Program-made: the position numbers and the translations under genes | Shown: positions 31,664 to 43,589 of the stretch, in pieces | Numbering within the stretch: position 1 is the stretch's first letter | Layout: each line of letters begins with the position of its first letter | Source: Diplonema japonicum | Lineage: Eukaryota > Protista > Euglenozoa: Diplonemea | Direction of reading: 5' to 3' | Assembly: GCA_964019335.1 (NCBI GenBank) | Contig: OZ025728.1 | Location: 372,001 to 436,000, forward strand | Length of the DNA stretch: 64,000 nucleotides | Notes under the pieces: model-generated | What the model was told of the DNA's origin: nothing | Database searches by the model: none | Seen by the model: the letters and a program-made list of their open reading frames with translations, nothing else

Positions 31664-34600
31664 CGTGATTGGGTCCGCCTCCCTGTCCCTTCACTTCCCT
31701 CTCGGACGACTCCTCAGCTTCGGTGGTTTTTTCATTGCCGAAGGAGTCCTCTGTGAGGTCAGTGTTGGATTCAGTGTTGGGTTCGTTGTTCGCTTCCTCG
31801 TTGTCCTTTTTTTCCTCTTCGCCGTCCGGTACCGGGGGCCCGGGATCCAACTGTACAGGCCCTTTGACTAACAGCGCCCCTGCTATCGATCTCATCATGG
31901 CCGTTGACACCTCTTGGACCACACGCCTGTGTATCGAGACTCTGTCCCCGTGGGCCCGCGCAGCTATGCTCCTGGACAGTTTCTTCGTGAGGTAGACCGC
32001 TGCCTCCCCGAACCCCCCGAAGGTCTCCATCGCGAAAGGTACAAAGGCCACGCGTGTCTTGGCGAGCTCCGCCTCATACTTCTGGCGCTTGTAGTGTTCC
32101 GCCTTCGCCGCTGCGTACCCCGCAGTCTTCGCCGCCTGGTTGACACAAGACTCGTTCCTCGGGTGCACGATGACCACGTCCATAGCCATTGGGCGGGAAC
32201 CCCCCACCCCACCTGGGAAGAACACGTCCGCCGGGCGCTGGGACGACCCCGGGATCAGCCCCGTCTTCTCCATCGTTGCGCTCACCCCGGCCCACTGACA
32301 GTGTCTGTGGATGGTCTCCTTCACCCGGTCGTGCCTCGCAATCCTGGCGTTGCCGCATCCCTGGGCATGGTCACCCCATACGCCCATCCCCTCAGTCTTG
32401 CACCTCGGGTCGTGGCAGCTCTCACCCTGCTTGTAGACCGGAGCCCCCAACCACCACTTGATCAGAGCCCCAAACTCGTTGTCCGACAGCTGGTTGTAGA
32501 AGTCAGGCGTCGCCGTCAACCACGCCCCCGCATAGTGCATTGACTCCGACATCAACCTCGCTCTCGAGCGTGCATCTGCTTTCGCCAAGAGGTCCTCCAG
32601 CGCCTTCTCATCAAGCACCCTAGAGAGCCACCTCTGGCTGCAGATGTGGGGGGCCTTGGCCACCATGTCGGGTGTAATCTGCATGCCGCCCTTCGTCCTG
32701 TTGAACCACTCGAGCCAGCTCCCCCATACACCCCCTTCCAGCCCATGTTCGTATTTGGGATCCAGCTCCTTGCACAGCTTCATCGTCGACGCCCTCGAAG
32801 CCATGTTGGCCGCGCGCAGGTGCTCCTGGCAGCTCCTCATCCCAAGCCCACCGACTTTTACGGACAGTTTCGCCTGCTGCCATTCTTTCGACCCGTTCTC
32901 GAACTGCATGCCGCACACCTTCGACATCGTCTTCCGCACCATCTCGTCGAACCTGTGCATGACCCCTCCCACATGCGAGTCTGGGACCACTCTCATGTAA
33001 AACACCAGTTTGCTGTATGAGCTGCAATACCGGAGAAGTGTGTACCCTGTCTGCCTCCCCACCTTGGTCAGCATGTCGAAGTTCTCTTCCAGCGCGTCCA
33101 AGCGTTTGTTCAGAAAGGCTTGCGTGTACTCTGGCGATCCTATCGGCGCCCCCAGGAGCATGAAGTTCCTCTCTTTGTGGAAATTCTCTTCTGTCAGGCC
33201 ATCGAAGCCTGTGTCCTCCACTGTCTGGGGGAGGTCGCCACTAACCCATATGAGCTCGCACTTCTGGGGTTTCACTTTCAGCCCTATCATTCCGCTCAGC
33301 TCACACAAGATGTTGTACGCCTTTCTCACTTCATCCACATTCCCCACAAGGACGCCATCGTCCAGGTAGAACTGGAGGATGTCCAGGTTGCAGTCTTCAC
33401 TTATCTTGTTCACCAGGGGTTGGATGGCCAGAGAGAACAGCAGCGGTCCCATCGGGTCCCCCTGTTGCACCCCTTCCTGGGACTTAATCACCTTTCCGTT
33501 GTAGTATAATTGGGAGGGCACCCTGTAGCACCAATCGGCCCACGCATACAGCCCCGACGCTTGCTCATAGGCCTGTGAGCACAGCTGCCTCCGACAAACA
33601 CTGTTGAAGGCGTTGGCGTAGTCGATCTTGAGGATCACCTTGTTTTCCTGCTTGTTGCCCCGTTCCCTGTCCACATACTGCCTGATGGTGTGTATAGCCG
33701 CCTCCATTCCAGCAGGGACCGATACCCCCACCTGGCCGCCTTTCTTCAGGTACGAAGAGGCCACTTCCGGAGCGATCTTCTTCACAAGGGATTTCCCCAC
33801 CAGCCGACGCAGCACATCCCCAACGGCTATGGGCCGCACGTCCCTGTCGTTCTTCTTGAGGGCCACAAGGTTCGCCCCTGCCATCAGCGGAGCCACCTCC
33901 CTAGGGGCCGTGCCTCTAGCTAATGCGTTGACTGCCCTCGTCACCGACATCAAACAGCCTTGAGACTCAAAAGCTCCGTCCACCGCGTCCTTGATGTGCT
34001 GGGCTCTCAGACCAGTCGGTCCCGCAGCAGTCCCCCTCGGGAAGTCCCTGATTGCGTCCAGCACTTCTTCTGGCAAGACTTCTACCGCTTCCTTCGTCTT
34101 CGCCGGGTTGTCCCATTGGGGGTGTAGTGGCTCTGGATGTTTGCTCTGCAGCGCTCTCCAGCAATCCTCATTGTCTTCCGCCAGCCCCTGGGCTACAAGC
34201 GCCGCGTTTCCTGCCGAGAACCTCCCTTTGCTGCACAGTTCCGTGGCCCTGGCGACCTTAGAGACCTCGTCGTTCTTAGGTTCCCCCTTCTCACCTGATT
34301 CCAGCTTATTCCAGAGGGCCATGTAATTTCCCTTCTCCCACTCCTCCAATCTGGCCTGGACACTCAGCTCCGTCTCCTTGTCCCGCTTCTTCCCTCCCCT
34401 CTTCTTCCACAGGCAGGCTTTGGGGAGCATCGCCACCAGCAGCCAAGCCTCCTCTGTGTTGTCCTTCACCGCTCGGCCCAGAGTGTGCTTAAGGGTAAGC
34501 CCCCACAGTCTTTGAAGGCTCGTCGGGATCGACCCCATGGTCGTGACGTTCATGGCGGCTATGGTTTCCAGGCTGGGTAACTCGGTCCTCGTCGGGGCCG

Positions 34601-34928
34601 GCGGGGGGGTCGTGTATTCCCCTTCCCTTCGCACCGCCTTTTTGCACTCGTCGTGGCACCCCTGACCCTTCCACACACAGCCCCTGCACACCAGGCACCT
34701 CTCGAGGTCCAGTCTCCTCAGAACGCTCTCCGGGATCTCATCACTCTCCAGGTGCCCATCCAGGTGACACTTCCATACCCTTGTCGAGTTGAACGGGGTC
34801 GTGCTTTTGCACTTCGACCTAGCGCAGTTCGCCACCGGACAGTACAGGAATTGTTGGTTCCTTGCCCCATCTGGTCCAACACCCCTGCCTTCCCATATCC
34901 AGGGATCGCACGGTCTATTATGTCCCAC
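31485..34928 (-). CDS. Reverse transcriptase plus restriction-like endonuclease (CRE/SLACS type)
   Basis: RPIAVGDVLRRL, KIDYANAFNSV, GVQQGDPMGPLLF, YLDDG; RLE motifs RHD, RPADV, DVVIVHP, KRQKY, FVPFAMETFG; N-terminal C2H2-like CPVANC...HLDGH. Confidence 0.93.
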   Translation of the reverse strand: MGHNRPCDPWIWEGRGVGPDGARNQQFLYCPVANCARSKCKSTTPFNSTRVWKCHLDGHLESDEIPESVLRRLDLERCLVCRGCVWKGQGCHDECKKAVRREGEYTTPPPAPTRTELPSLETIAAMNVTTMGSIPTSLQRLWGLTLKHTLGRAVKDNTEEAWLLVAMLPKACLWKKRGGKKRDKETELSVQARLEEWEKGNYMALWNKLESGEKGEPKNDEVSKVARATELCSKGRFSAGNAALVAQGLAEDNEDCWRALQSKHPEPLHPQWDNPAKTKEAVEVLPEEVLDAIRDFPRGTAAGPTGLRAQHIKDAVDGAFESQGCLMSVTRAVNALARGTAPREVAPLMAGANLVALKKNDRDVRPIAVGDVLRRLVGKSLVKKIAPEVASSYLKKGGQVGVSVPAGMEAAIHTIRQYVDRERGNKQENKVILKIDYANAFNSVCRRQLCSQAYEQASGLYAWADWCYRVPSQLYYNGKVIKSQEGVQQGDPMGPLLFSLAIQPLVNKISEDCNLDILQFYLDDGVLVGNVDEVRKAYNILCELSGMIGLKVKPQKCELIWVSGDLPQTVEDTGFDGLTEENFHKERNFMLLGAPIGSPEYTQAFLNKRLDALEENFDMLTKVGRQTGYTLLRYCSSYSKLVFYMRVVPDSHVGGVMHRFDEMVRKTMSKVCGMQFENGSKEWQQAKLSVKVGGLGMRSCQEHLRAANMASRASTMKLCKELDPKYEHGLEGGVWGSWLEWFNRTKGGMQITPDMVAKAPHICSQRWLSRVLDEKALEDLLAKADARSRARLMSESMHYAGAWLTATPDFYNQLSDNEFGALIKWWLGAPVYKQGESCHDPRCKTEGMGVWGDHAQGCGNARIARHDRVKETIHRHCQWAGVSATMEKTGLIPGSSQRPADVFFPGGVGGSRPMAMDVVIVHPRNESCVNQAAKTAGYAAAKAEHYKRQKYEAELAKTRVAFVPFAMETFGGFGEAAVYLTKKLSRSIAARAHGDRVSIHRRVVQEVSTAMMRSIAGALLVKGPVQLDPGPPVPDGEEEKKDNEEANNEPNTESNTDLTEDSFGNEKTTEAEESSEREVKGQGGGPNHGGPPAGCPSGADEEGPGRPNATAAKGGTGGGWNTRESGSRTRSSLTGRRRHGDGRNRIQ

Positions 34929-35029
34929 TCCCCGATGTCCTCACCTGGGGCCTCGGAGGGTTGCTTACCTGCCTTTTGTAGAGCTACCGATTGGGACTCA
35001 TCAAGGAGCATCATCATCGACTCCTCCTC

Positions 35030-35390
35030 TCCGACTGCATACTCATAGTGGTTGCCGTTGTACGCCAGCACCACCACCTTCTCGTGGTCGGAGTTGTACT
35101 CCCCTATCTAGGACTGGGTTGTTCCCCCCAGCAACCACGAGTATCGTGCGGCCAAACGCTTGTGCTGCGGCTGCCAGGCACAAGTGGTCTCCCCACGTCG
35201 CTGCTGTGCCCATCCCTTCCAAGTACCGGTCCCAACCCTCACTGCAAAACGGGGCATAGTGCTCCTCCCGGTGTTTCATCCATTCTACAACCTCGCTCCT
35301 GATGTGGGTGTGGTCGCCGTAGGCTTCCCCGAGCAAACCGGCCAGGGCGTGGAACATGCAGTTCCCGTCCTTCTCCGTCTCCTCGTCAGC
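35030..35390 (-). pseudogene. OTU-family cysteine protease domain of the retroelement (frame-broken)
   Basis: EKDGNCMFHAL (catalytic Cys), TWGDHLCL, and in the next frame VVLAYNGNHYE (catalytic His). Confidence 0.85.
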
Positions 35391-36365
35391 TTGAAGCTCT
35401 TCATGATCTCGTCCACTGACTTGCCGGCCCTGGGTTGTTTGTCGGGGTTCCACAGATTCCGCTGCCTGTGTAGTGCACAGTGCGTCTGGTTTGACGAGCA
35501 CACTGCAGCACACGTTCCACAGAGGTTCACCTTCATGCTCCTCGCCTGCTCTTGTTTCACAAAATGATGGTGGACCGCATTGAGGTGTTTAACTAGACAG
35601 CTTGCCACACTGGTGCGGAAAGAGCAGTCTTCCATCCGGCATTGATGTTTGTCTGATCCTTCTTTTTCCCCCTCCTTCTGCACCTCCATGTGCTCATCAT
35701 CCAAATCCATGGGGGGAGGGTCACCACCTCCTTGCAACGCGTCCCCTGCCAGCGTCAAGTCCGCAAAGGGGTCCAGGTGTTCGGCCTGAAAGAGCTTATC
35801 CTCCGTCTCAGCTCGTTCCTTCGCCGCTTGCTTGGCGTCCTCCTTCTTTTTTCTGCGTCTTGAGCTTCTAGGCAGGCCCAAGTACACCGGCAGGTAGTGA
35901 CCTCTCGATCCGCGTCTTGTCTTCTTCAGCTTTACCAGTCCGAATCTCTGGGTCGGGCCAGCACCAGCTTTCCCCACCATCACTTCCGACATGGCCCAGA
36001 GCAACATCAGCCCCCCTATCCAAACTGAAGTGCTTCCCACCAGGGTGCCTCCTACCGCTAGCCAAGCGAGCTCCCCAGCGGACCATTCATCCCCTCGGGG
36101 CCCCACCTGTACCCTTGACCTGCGGGTGGTCCTCCTGTCGCTCCCCAGCCTCTTCCACAACACTGCAGCATGCAGGAAGGAGGGGGCCATCCCGATGCCC
36201 ACCCCCAGCACCTGCCTCACCCCTGGGATCAGCAAGAGGGAGAACAGGGCGACCCAGGCCCACACCCCCAGGTGCTCCCATCTCATCCCTTCCTTGCTGT
36301 GTCCCGTCCGTCTGCGGTGCCTCCTTGCACCGGTTGCAGCCTGGTCTACTGCTGGTCCTGTGCGA

Positions 36366-37830
36366 TCATCTCTTTGATTGAACTGAAGAGGTCTGCAGTC
36401 TGCTGCGGTTTTTCGAGGAGTGCCTCTGCAAGGCCTTTTGGCTCCCAGTTCTGCCCTCCCTGCTGCAGTACCCTTGCAGCTCATCACCAAGTGGTTCAGG
36501 GTGCAGTGCTTCGTGCCACACAGCTGACATGGCTTTTGCTTCGGACCCTCACAGTAGTCCTTCAGCAGCGGGTGGTGTCCTGTCTTCAGTCGATTGATGC
36601 AGACTTCGGCTTTCCTGCCCAAGCTGTTTGTCTTTGGGGGTTCCTTGCCCTTTGTCAGCTTCTGGTAGGCTGTCTGCCTGTCCAGCTCTGCATCAATCCT
36701 GTCTTTTGCACATTTCCAGAGCTTGTTTTTCGCTGCTCCAAGGCTCACTGGCTGCCTCTGTTGTTCCTTCACACCCACCACTGCCAGCCTGTCAGCCACT
36801 TCATTCCCTGCAATACCACAGTGACTTGGGATGTACCACAGTGTGAGGGTCGCTCCCTTGCCTTTCAGAAGCTGCCACAGCTGTGTCCAGATTCCCACCA
36901 TTGTGTCCTCTCTCTGCCTTGTTGGCCCTTGTTTCAGTTTTTGCAAGGCCGAAAGTGAGTCGGTGAGGATGTTGATGTGGGCCCCTGGTTTCGCTGTTGT
37001 CTTGCAGTGCTCAAGTGCCATCTCCAGGGCTGTCAGCTCTGCCTGGCAGCTGTCACCATATCGGCATGAGTCTCTGGTCAGGTACACCTCGCTCCCTGCA
37101 GCAGTCTGGACATACCACCTTGTTCTGCATCCACAGATCCATCTGTGTACACGGTGATGTCAGCTTTGGGCAGCTTCTGGAGTACTTCCTCTCCGTATGT
37201 CCTCTGCTCATCCTTCTTTTTCTTCTTAATGCCTTGCCCTTCTGTCCCAACATCCAGTTGCACCAGCAGACTCCACTCCCATGGGGAAAGGGTGACGAGT
37301 TGTGAAGAGGTGCTCTTTTGTACTTCTTCAATTTGTTCTCATTGATTGCCCTGCTCCTTGCCTCAAAGAGCCAGGTTCCTCTTGCTGTTCCTGCCCCCAT
37401 CACTGCAGTGTGCCCACTTGTCCCCTCCATCCTTACAAGCTTCTCGTACATGGATGACGTCTTGTATTTTATCATCTCCTGTACCGGCCATAGCCTTGTG
37501 ATTTTCAGGAGGTCTTGGATAGGTGTTGTAGGAAGGCAGCCTGCTGCATTGTGTGCTACTTCCAGTGTTGTGATGTCTCTGGCTGTCAGGGTGGGTCCAT
37601 ACACTCCAAGGGCGTATCTCGCCACAGGTAAGACATAGGTGAGGTAGACAGTGCAGAGGGTCAATGCCTTGCACCCCCACTTGGTGCCTGCAAGTGCCTT
37701 CATGACTGCTGTGCATCGTCAGAAGCGTTTGATCATGAATACGAAGTGTGCCCTGAAGTTCCTCTCAAGGAACACTGGCTCTTCTTGGTACATTACCAGT
37801 GTTTGCTGCCCTGCCACATCCTTGTGGTAC
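36366..37830 (-). mobile_element. Degenerate Ingi/I-group LINE 3' half (RT thumb, RNase H, Zn knuckle)
   Basis: KALAGTKWG, VYTDGS, AELTAL, ILTDSLSAL, WYIPSHCGIAGNEVAD, RLKTGH, CQLC...HLVMSC; frameshifted and 5'-truncated. Confidence 0.88.
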
Positions 37831-38449
37831 ACAACTGGTCTGCGAATTTTTTTTCCCCCAGCAGTGCCCTTACCAAGGCTGACTTTGCCATTTTTTGGGA
37901 TTTTTGGGGTGAAAAAAATTTTTTCTTTTCTGAGGCCACATGGAACTTGGGCACCCTCAAAATAGAGATTTTTTTATTTTTTTGGAAAAAAAAATTTTTT
38001 TCCCCTCTGATAGAGCCCTTGCCAACACTGATTTTGCTGTTTTTTTACCCAAAAAATAAATTGGCCACTATGAAAAATAGGTAGATTTAACCTTTTTAAC
38101 CCAATTCTGTAGTGTGAAAAATCCAGAAAATTTTTTTTGCAACATTCTATGGGTGAAATTGACATAGAACCTAAAACCTAGAAAAAAAAGGGGGGGTAAA
38201 ATCACCCTTAAAAGAAGTCAATCCCTGTCATGCTGCTTGCCAATTTAACTAGTTATTAATGAGATTTTTGGAGTTGAAGTGAAAAAATGATTGTCGAAAA
38301 ATCATTGTCGAAAAAATGTACCCAACCCCTTCAATTTTTTTTTTAGAGATGGGGTATTTTGACTGTTTTTAGCCATCTGAGGCCATTCCAGCCCTTAAAA
38401 GTGGGAATAAGTGATTTACTTCCCCTTACCGAAATAGCTATCCCAACAA

Positions 38450-39730
38450 AGCTGGCACACCACATGCATTAAGGACACAATGCAAAACGCAGAAGAAGAA
38501 GACAATAACACCACACAACAACTTGGCCAAGGCACCCCCTGTAATCAGGTGGGCAGTCTGGTCTGAGGGGTCTGGCCAGTCCACCCCACAAACCACCCCA
38601 ACACCGTGAATTTTCGAGGTGGTGTGTTGTGACTTATTTTACACCATGTATGGCATACCTGACATTGCACACAATGTATGCAACACAGGGTGCACAACAT
38701 GGCACGTGTTTTATAACATGTACCACTATACTGCACAGGGAAAAGCAGGCAGTGTTGAGCTGTACTCCACACACATTAAGGACACAACACAGAACACAGA
38801 AGAAGCTACAACCCAGCCACAGTGATTAAGGAAATGATGCAGAATGCAAGAAGCTACAACCCGGCTACGGTGATCAAGGAAATGACACAGAATACAGAAA
38901 AAGCTACAACTCAGCCACAATGATTAAGGACACGACACAGAATGCAGAAGAAGCCATAACCCTGCTGCAGTAATTAAAAAAATTCCGCATGCAGAATGCA
39001 GAAGAAGCTACAACCCGGCTGTGGTGCACCCCCTGTAATCAAGTAGATAGTTCTTGTGCAGGGTGCTGCCAACACTGGACTTTTCAGGAAACACACATTT
39101 TCACACATTTGAATTTATTCTTTAGTTTTTTTCTGAACCTATTTAATTTTTAAACCTAATAAAGAAAGAGTAAATCCTCCTATTCAAAACTTTTTAGTCC
39201 CAGTGTTGCCAAAATGGGTTGAAAATTAAAGTACCCAGCTGTGGTTACTTAATCAAAAAAGAATTTAATAGCCCATTTAATGGAGGAGTTGGACCAGACT
39301 GGACTGGACTGAACCGGACTGGACAAGATGTTATTTGGTGGTGGGGATCACAGAAATATGGAAATATAAGAAGTACATCAGATGTGTTGTTCACTGTTGA
39401 CCTCCTTGTCAGTCATCATTGGTAGTGCCCAAGTGGGAGAACATAATGCAGATGCTCAGGGTGATGAATTGGCAGCAAATTACGCACGCCCAGAATCTTG
39501 GTTACCAGGGGTGCCATGGCTGGTGTTGAGCTGCACACTGCACACATTAAGCAGTGATGGGTGAATCCGGTCCGGTCTGGTGTACCCATTTTACCAGACT
39601 GACCAGACTGACCAGATCGGCCAGACTGACCGGACTGACCAGACTCAAAAATTTTCTGCAATTTTTGACACACCTGCAAACACTTTTTTTTCAAATATTT
39701 TTGGACAATGATTTTTTTTTTTTTTTTTTT

Positions 39731-39761
<31 letters not shown>

Positions 39762-42700
39762 CTTTTTCTTCTTCTTCATACCACAGACATGCACAGCTCC
39801 ATCAAGCCATTTGCACCTATCTACTCTGGTGCACTGCAGCTGCAGGTATGTACAAATGTCTGGAAATGTTGTATTTGGATGTAATACAACCCGGCTGTGG
39901 TGATCGATGTGGAATACAGAAGAAGCTACAACCCAGCCGTGGTGAGAGATATATGAGTTAAAGGACCTGCACAAGACTACTTGATTACAGGGGGTACACC
40001 ACAGCCGAGTTGTAGCTTCTTCTGCATTCTGTGTCGTGTCCTTAATGTGTGTGGTGTTCAGCTCAACCCCAGCCGGGGCGTCCTGGGTAACCAAGATTCT
40101 GCTTGTGCAGGATTGGGTTGTTCCATTCCCTTCTGCCAAACTGAAAGTCGGAACTTGGCAGAATGGCAGAACTGGAACTTGGTGGAACAGGGAATTCCTT
40201 ACTTTTTTTTTTTGTTTTAACAAAATTATTGTCGAGACTAAAACTAGTTGATGGCAGTGTAATGAGCTATTTTATTAGGTAAAATTCCGCTTGTGCACAC
40301 AAACAAATGGAGTGTCAAACTAGTTTTTTTCCCCCCCCTTTTTTTTCCCTCTTTGCATCATCAAGGTTGAAAGTGGTGACTAACACTGACAGCACAATAT
40401 TCCGTGTCGTGTCCTTAATGTGTGCAGTGTGCAGCTCAACACCAGCCATGGCCCTGGTAACCAAGATTCTGGGCTGTTGCTGCCAGTTCATCACCCTGAG
40501 CATCTGCAATACGTTCCTCCACTCGGGCACAATCGGTGATGACCAACATGGAGGTCAACAGCGAACAACACATCTGATGTACTTCTTATATTTCCATATT
40601 TCTGTGATCCCCACCACCAAATAACATGAAAGAGGTAAAGGAGACCAGTGACAGGGGGTGCACCTTGGCCGCTTCTGCGTTCCGTGTCGTGTCCTTAATG
40701 CATGCGGTGTGCAGCTCAACCCCAGCTGGTGCCCTACGTAGTTTACTCACCCTGAGCATCTGCAATTTGTTCTTCCACTCAGGGTGCTACAGGTGATGAC
40801 CGGCCAAGTGGATGGAGGAAATGCCTGTTCGTCGTGTTGGCGGTGCCTGCACAAGAACTGTTAACTTGATACAGGGGGGCACTGCAGCTGAGTTGTAGCT
40901 TCTTCTGTGTTCTGTGTTGTGTTCTTAATGTGTGCAGTGTGCAGCTTAACCCCAGCCGTAGCAACCCGGGGTAACCAAGATTCTGCGCTCATGCAGTTTG
41001 CTGCCAATTCATCACCCTGAGCATCTGCATTATGTTCTCCACTTGGGCGCTACTGGTGATGACCAACATGGAGGTCAACAGCGAACAACACATCTGATGT
41101 ACTTCTTATATTTCCATGTTATCCCCACCACCTGAATGATATATATATGAGTTAAAAGAGGCCGGTGTTGGTGGCGCCCTGCACAAGAACTGTCTGCTTG
41201 ATTACAGGGGCGCACCGCAACCGAGTTGTAGCTTCTTCTGCATTCCGTGTCATGTCTTTAATGTGTGTGGTGTAGTTTGCTGCCTGTTTGTCACCCTAAG
41301 CATCTGCATTATGTTCTTCCACTCGGGAGCTACCGGTGATGACCGATGAGGAGGTCAACAGTGAACAACACATCTGATGTTTTTTCATGCTATCCCCACC
41401 ACCTTTGGAATAATATACAAGAGTTAAAGGAGGCCGGTGTTGGCAGTGCCCTGCACAAGAACTGTCTACTTGATTACAGGGGGTGCACCGCAGCCGGGTT
41501 GTAGCTTCTTCTGCGTTCTGCATCGTGTCCTTAATCACTGCGGCCGAGTTGTAGCTTCTTCTGTGCTCCGTGTCGTGTCCTTAATGTGCAGGGTTCAGCT
41601 CAACCCTAGCCGGGGCGCCCTGGGTAACCAAGATTCTGCACTCGTGTGGTTTGCTCGGTGATGACCGATGAGGAGGTCAACAGCAAACAACACATCTGAT
41701 GTTTTTCTTATATTTTCATGTTATCCCCACCACCTGAAAAAGAAGATAAAAGTTTTTTTTTTTTTTTCTTCGTTTCTCATTGTTTTTGTTGTTGTCGTCG
41801 TCTCTCAGTACCTGTGTAACATCTTTTCTTGTAGACATCTGTTTATATGTTTGAACTCTGCAGCAAAAAAAAGGGGGGGATGTGGTGTTGTGGTTGTATC
41901 TTGTACGGTCCGGTTCAGTCCAGTCCAGTCCAGTCCGGTCCGGTCCGGTCCGGTCCGGTCCGGTCCGGTCTGGTCCGGTCTGGTCCAGTCCGGTCCGGTC
42001 CGGTCCGGTCCAGTCTGGTCAGTCTGGTCAGTCCGGTCAGTCCGGCATAATTGGGTCGAAATTCACGCCGGATCCGGTCCGGTCCAGTCCGGTCTAGTCC
42101 TAATTAGGATTCACCCATCACTGCATTAAGGACACGACATGGAAATATTGTGCTGTCAGTGTTGTGGTGATACAGTCACCACTTTCAACCTTGATGATGC
42201 AAAGAGGAAAAAAGGGGGGAAAGAAAAAAAAAATTAGGTAAGGAATTCCCTGTTCCGCCAAGTTCCGCCAGTTCCACCATGTTCCACCATGTTCCACCAT
42301 GTTCCACCATGTTCCACCATGTTCCACCATGTTCCACCATGTTCCACCATGTTCCGCCATGTTCCACCAGTTCCACCATGTTCCACCATGTTCCACCATG
42401 TTCCACCATGTTCCACCAGTTCCACCATGTTCCGCCAGTTCCGCCATGTTCCACCATGTTCCGCCAGTTCCACCATGTTCCACCATGTTCCACCATGTTC
42501 CGCCATGTTCCACCAGTTCCACCATGTTCCACCATGTTCCACCATGTTCCACCATGTTCCGCCATGTTCCGCCAGTTCCACCATGTTCCGCCAGTTCTGC
42601 CATGTTCCGCCAGTTCTACCAGTTCCGCCAAGTTCCGGTTCCGCCGACTTTTCAGTTTGGTGGAAGGGAACGGAACGACCCACCCCTGCCCAGAGCACTG

Positions 42701-43068
42701 GCTAGGGTTGAGCTGCACACCGCATGCATTAAGGACACAACGTGGAATGCAAACGCGGCCGAGGTGCACCCTGTCACTGGTTTCCTTTACCTCTTTTATT
42801 ATTGAGTGGTGGGGATAACACAGAAATATGGAAATATAAAGAAGTACATCAGATGTGTTGTTCGCTGTTGACCTCCACGTTGGTCATCACTGGTAGCGCC
42901 CGTGTGGGAGAAGATTACAGGGGCGCCATGGCTGGGGTTGAGACGCATTAAGGACACGACGTGGAACGCAGAAGAAGCTACAGCTAGGCCAAGGTGTGCC
43001 CCCTGTAATCAAGTAGACAATGTTGTGGTGATATAGTCACCACTTTCGACCTTGATGATGCAAAGAGG

Positions 43069-43099
<31 letters not shown>

Positions 43100-43308
43100 A
43101 AAAAAAAGGGCAAAAAAAAAAAAAAAAAAAATTAGGTAAGGAATTCCCTGTTCCGCCAAGTTCCGCCAAGTTCCGACTTTTCAGTTTGGCGGAAGGGAAC
43201 GGAACGACCCACCCCTGACCCAGGCCCCACCCACCCCTACCCCTACCCGAGGCCAGGGAGGGAGAAAAAGAAAGGAGAGGGCTTGGCCAGCCAAAAAAAA
43301 AGAGGTTT

Positions 43309-43342
<34 letters not shown>

Positions 43343-43480
43343 CCTCAGACCAGACTGCCCACCTGATTACAGGGGGCGCCTCGGCCAAGTTGTTGTGTGG
43401 TGTTGTATCTTGTCTGGTCCAGTTCAGTCCAGTCCAGTCTGGTCTGGTCCAGTCCAGTCTGGTCCAGTCTGGTCAGTCAA
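38450..43480. repeat. Second mosaic repeat field (same modules, 50-bp minisatellite at 38776-39025, GTCCG/GTCCA pentamer arrays)
   Basis: Many rearranged copies of CAACACATCTGATG, GGTAACCAAGATTCTG, TCACCCTGAGCATCTGCA and TTGATTACAGGGGG; pentamer arrays at 41906-42100 and 43415-43475. Confidence 0.9.
42251..42640. repeat. (GTTCCRCCAT)n 10-mer / 9-mer microsatellite
   Basis: About 40 units of GTTCCACCAT, GTTCCGCCAT and GTTCCRCCA. Confidence 0.95.
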
Positions 43481-43589
43481 GCGATGCAGCTCATGTTTTT
43501 GTGCCTTCCTTGAATCAGCAAAGCTGTGTCCTGCTCCACCCTTCTCGAGAGTGCTGTGACCAACTTCAGCAGAGGGCGTGTTGACACGT

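Larger units (their letters stand above)
29732..36300 (-). mobile_element. CRE-clade non-LTR retrotransposon (hydrophobic N-terminus, Zn fingers, OTU protease, RT, RLE, extra 3' ORF), with about 4 frame breaks
   Basis: Continuous GC-rich block with almost no homopolymers; domain order readable across ORFs 35285-36300, 35043-35513, 34718-35077, 31485-34928 and 29732-31663. Ends are approximate. Confidence 0.85.

Noticed and set aside
31835-31880. 2A/StopGo peptide (LLVKGPVQLDPGP; also DLTLAGDALQGGGDP near 35740)
   Set aside because: Neither matches the required D(V/I)ExNPGP consensus
42118-42818. Repeat proteins (MVEHGGTWWN / MFHHVPPCST)
   Set aside because: Open in all six frames because of the 10-bp microsatellite
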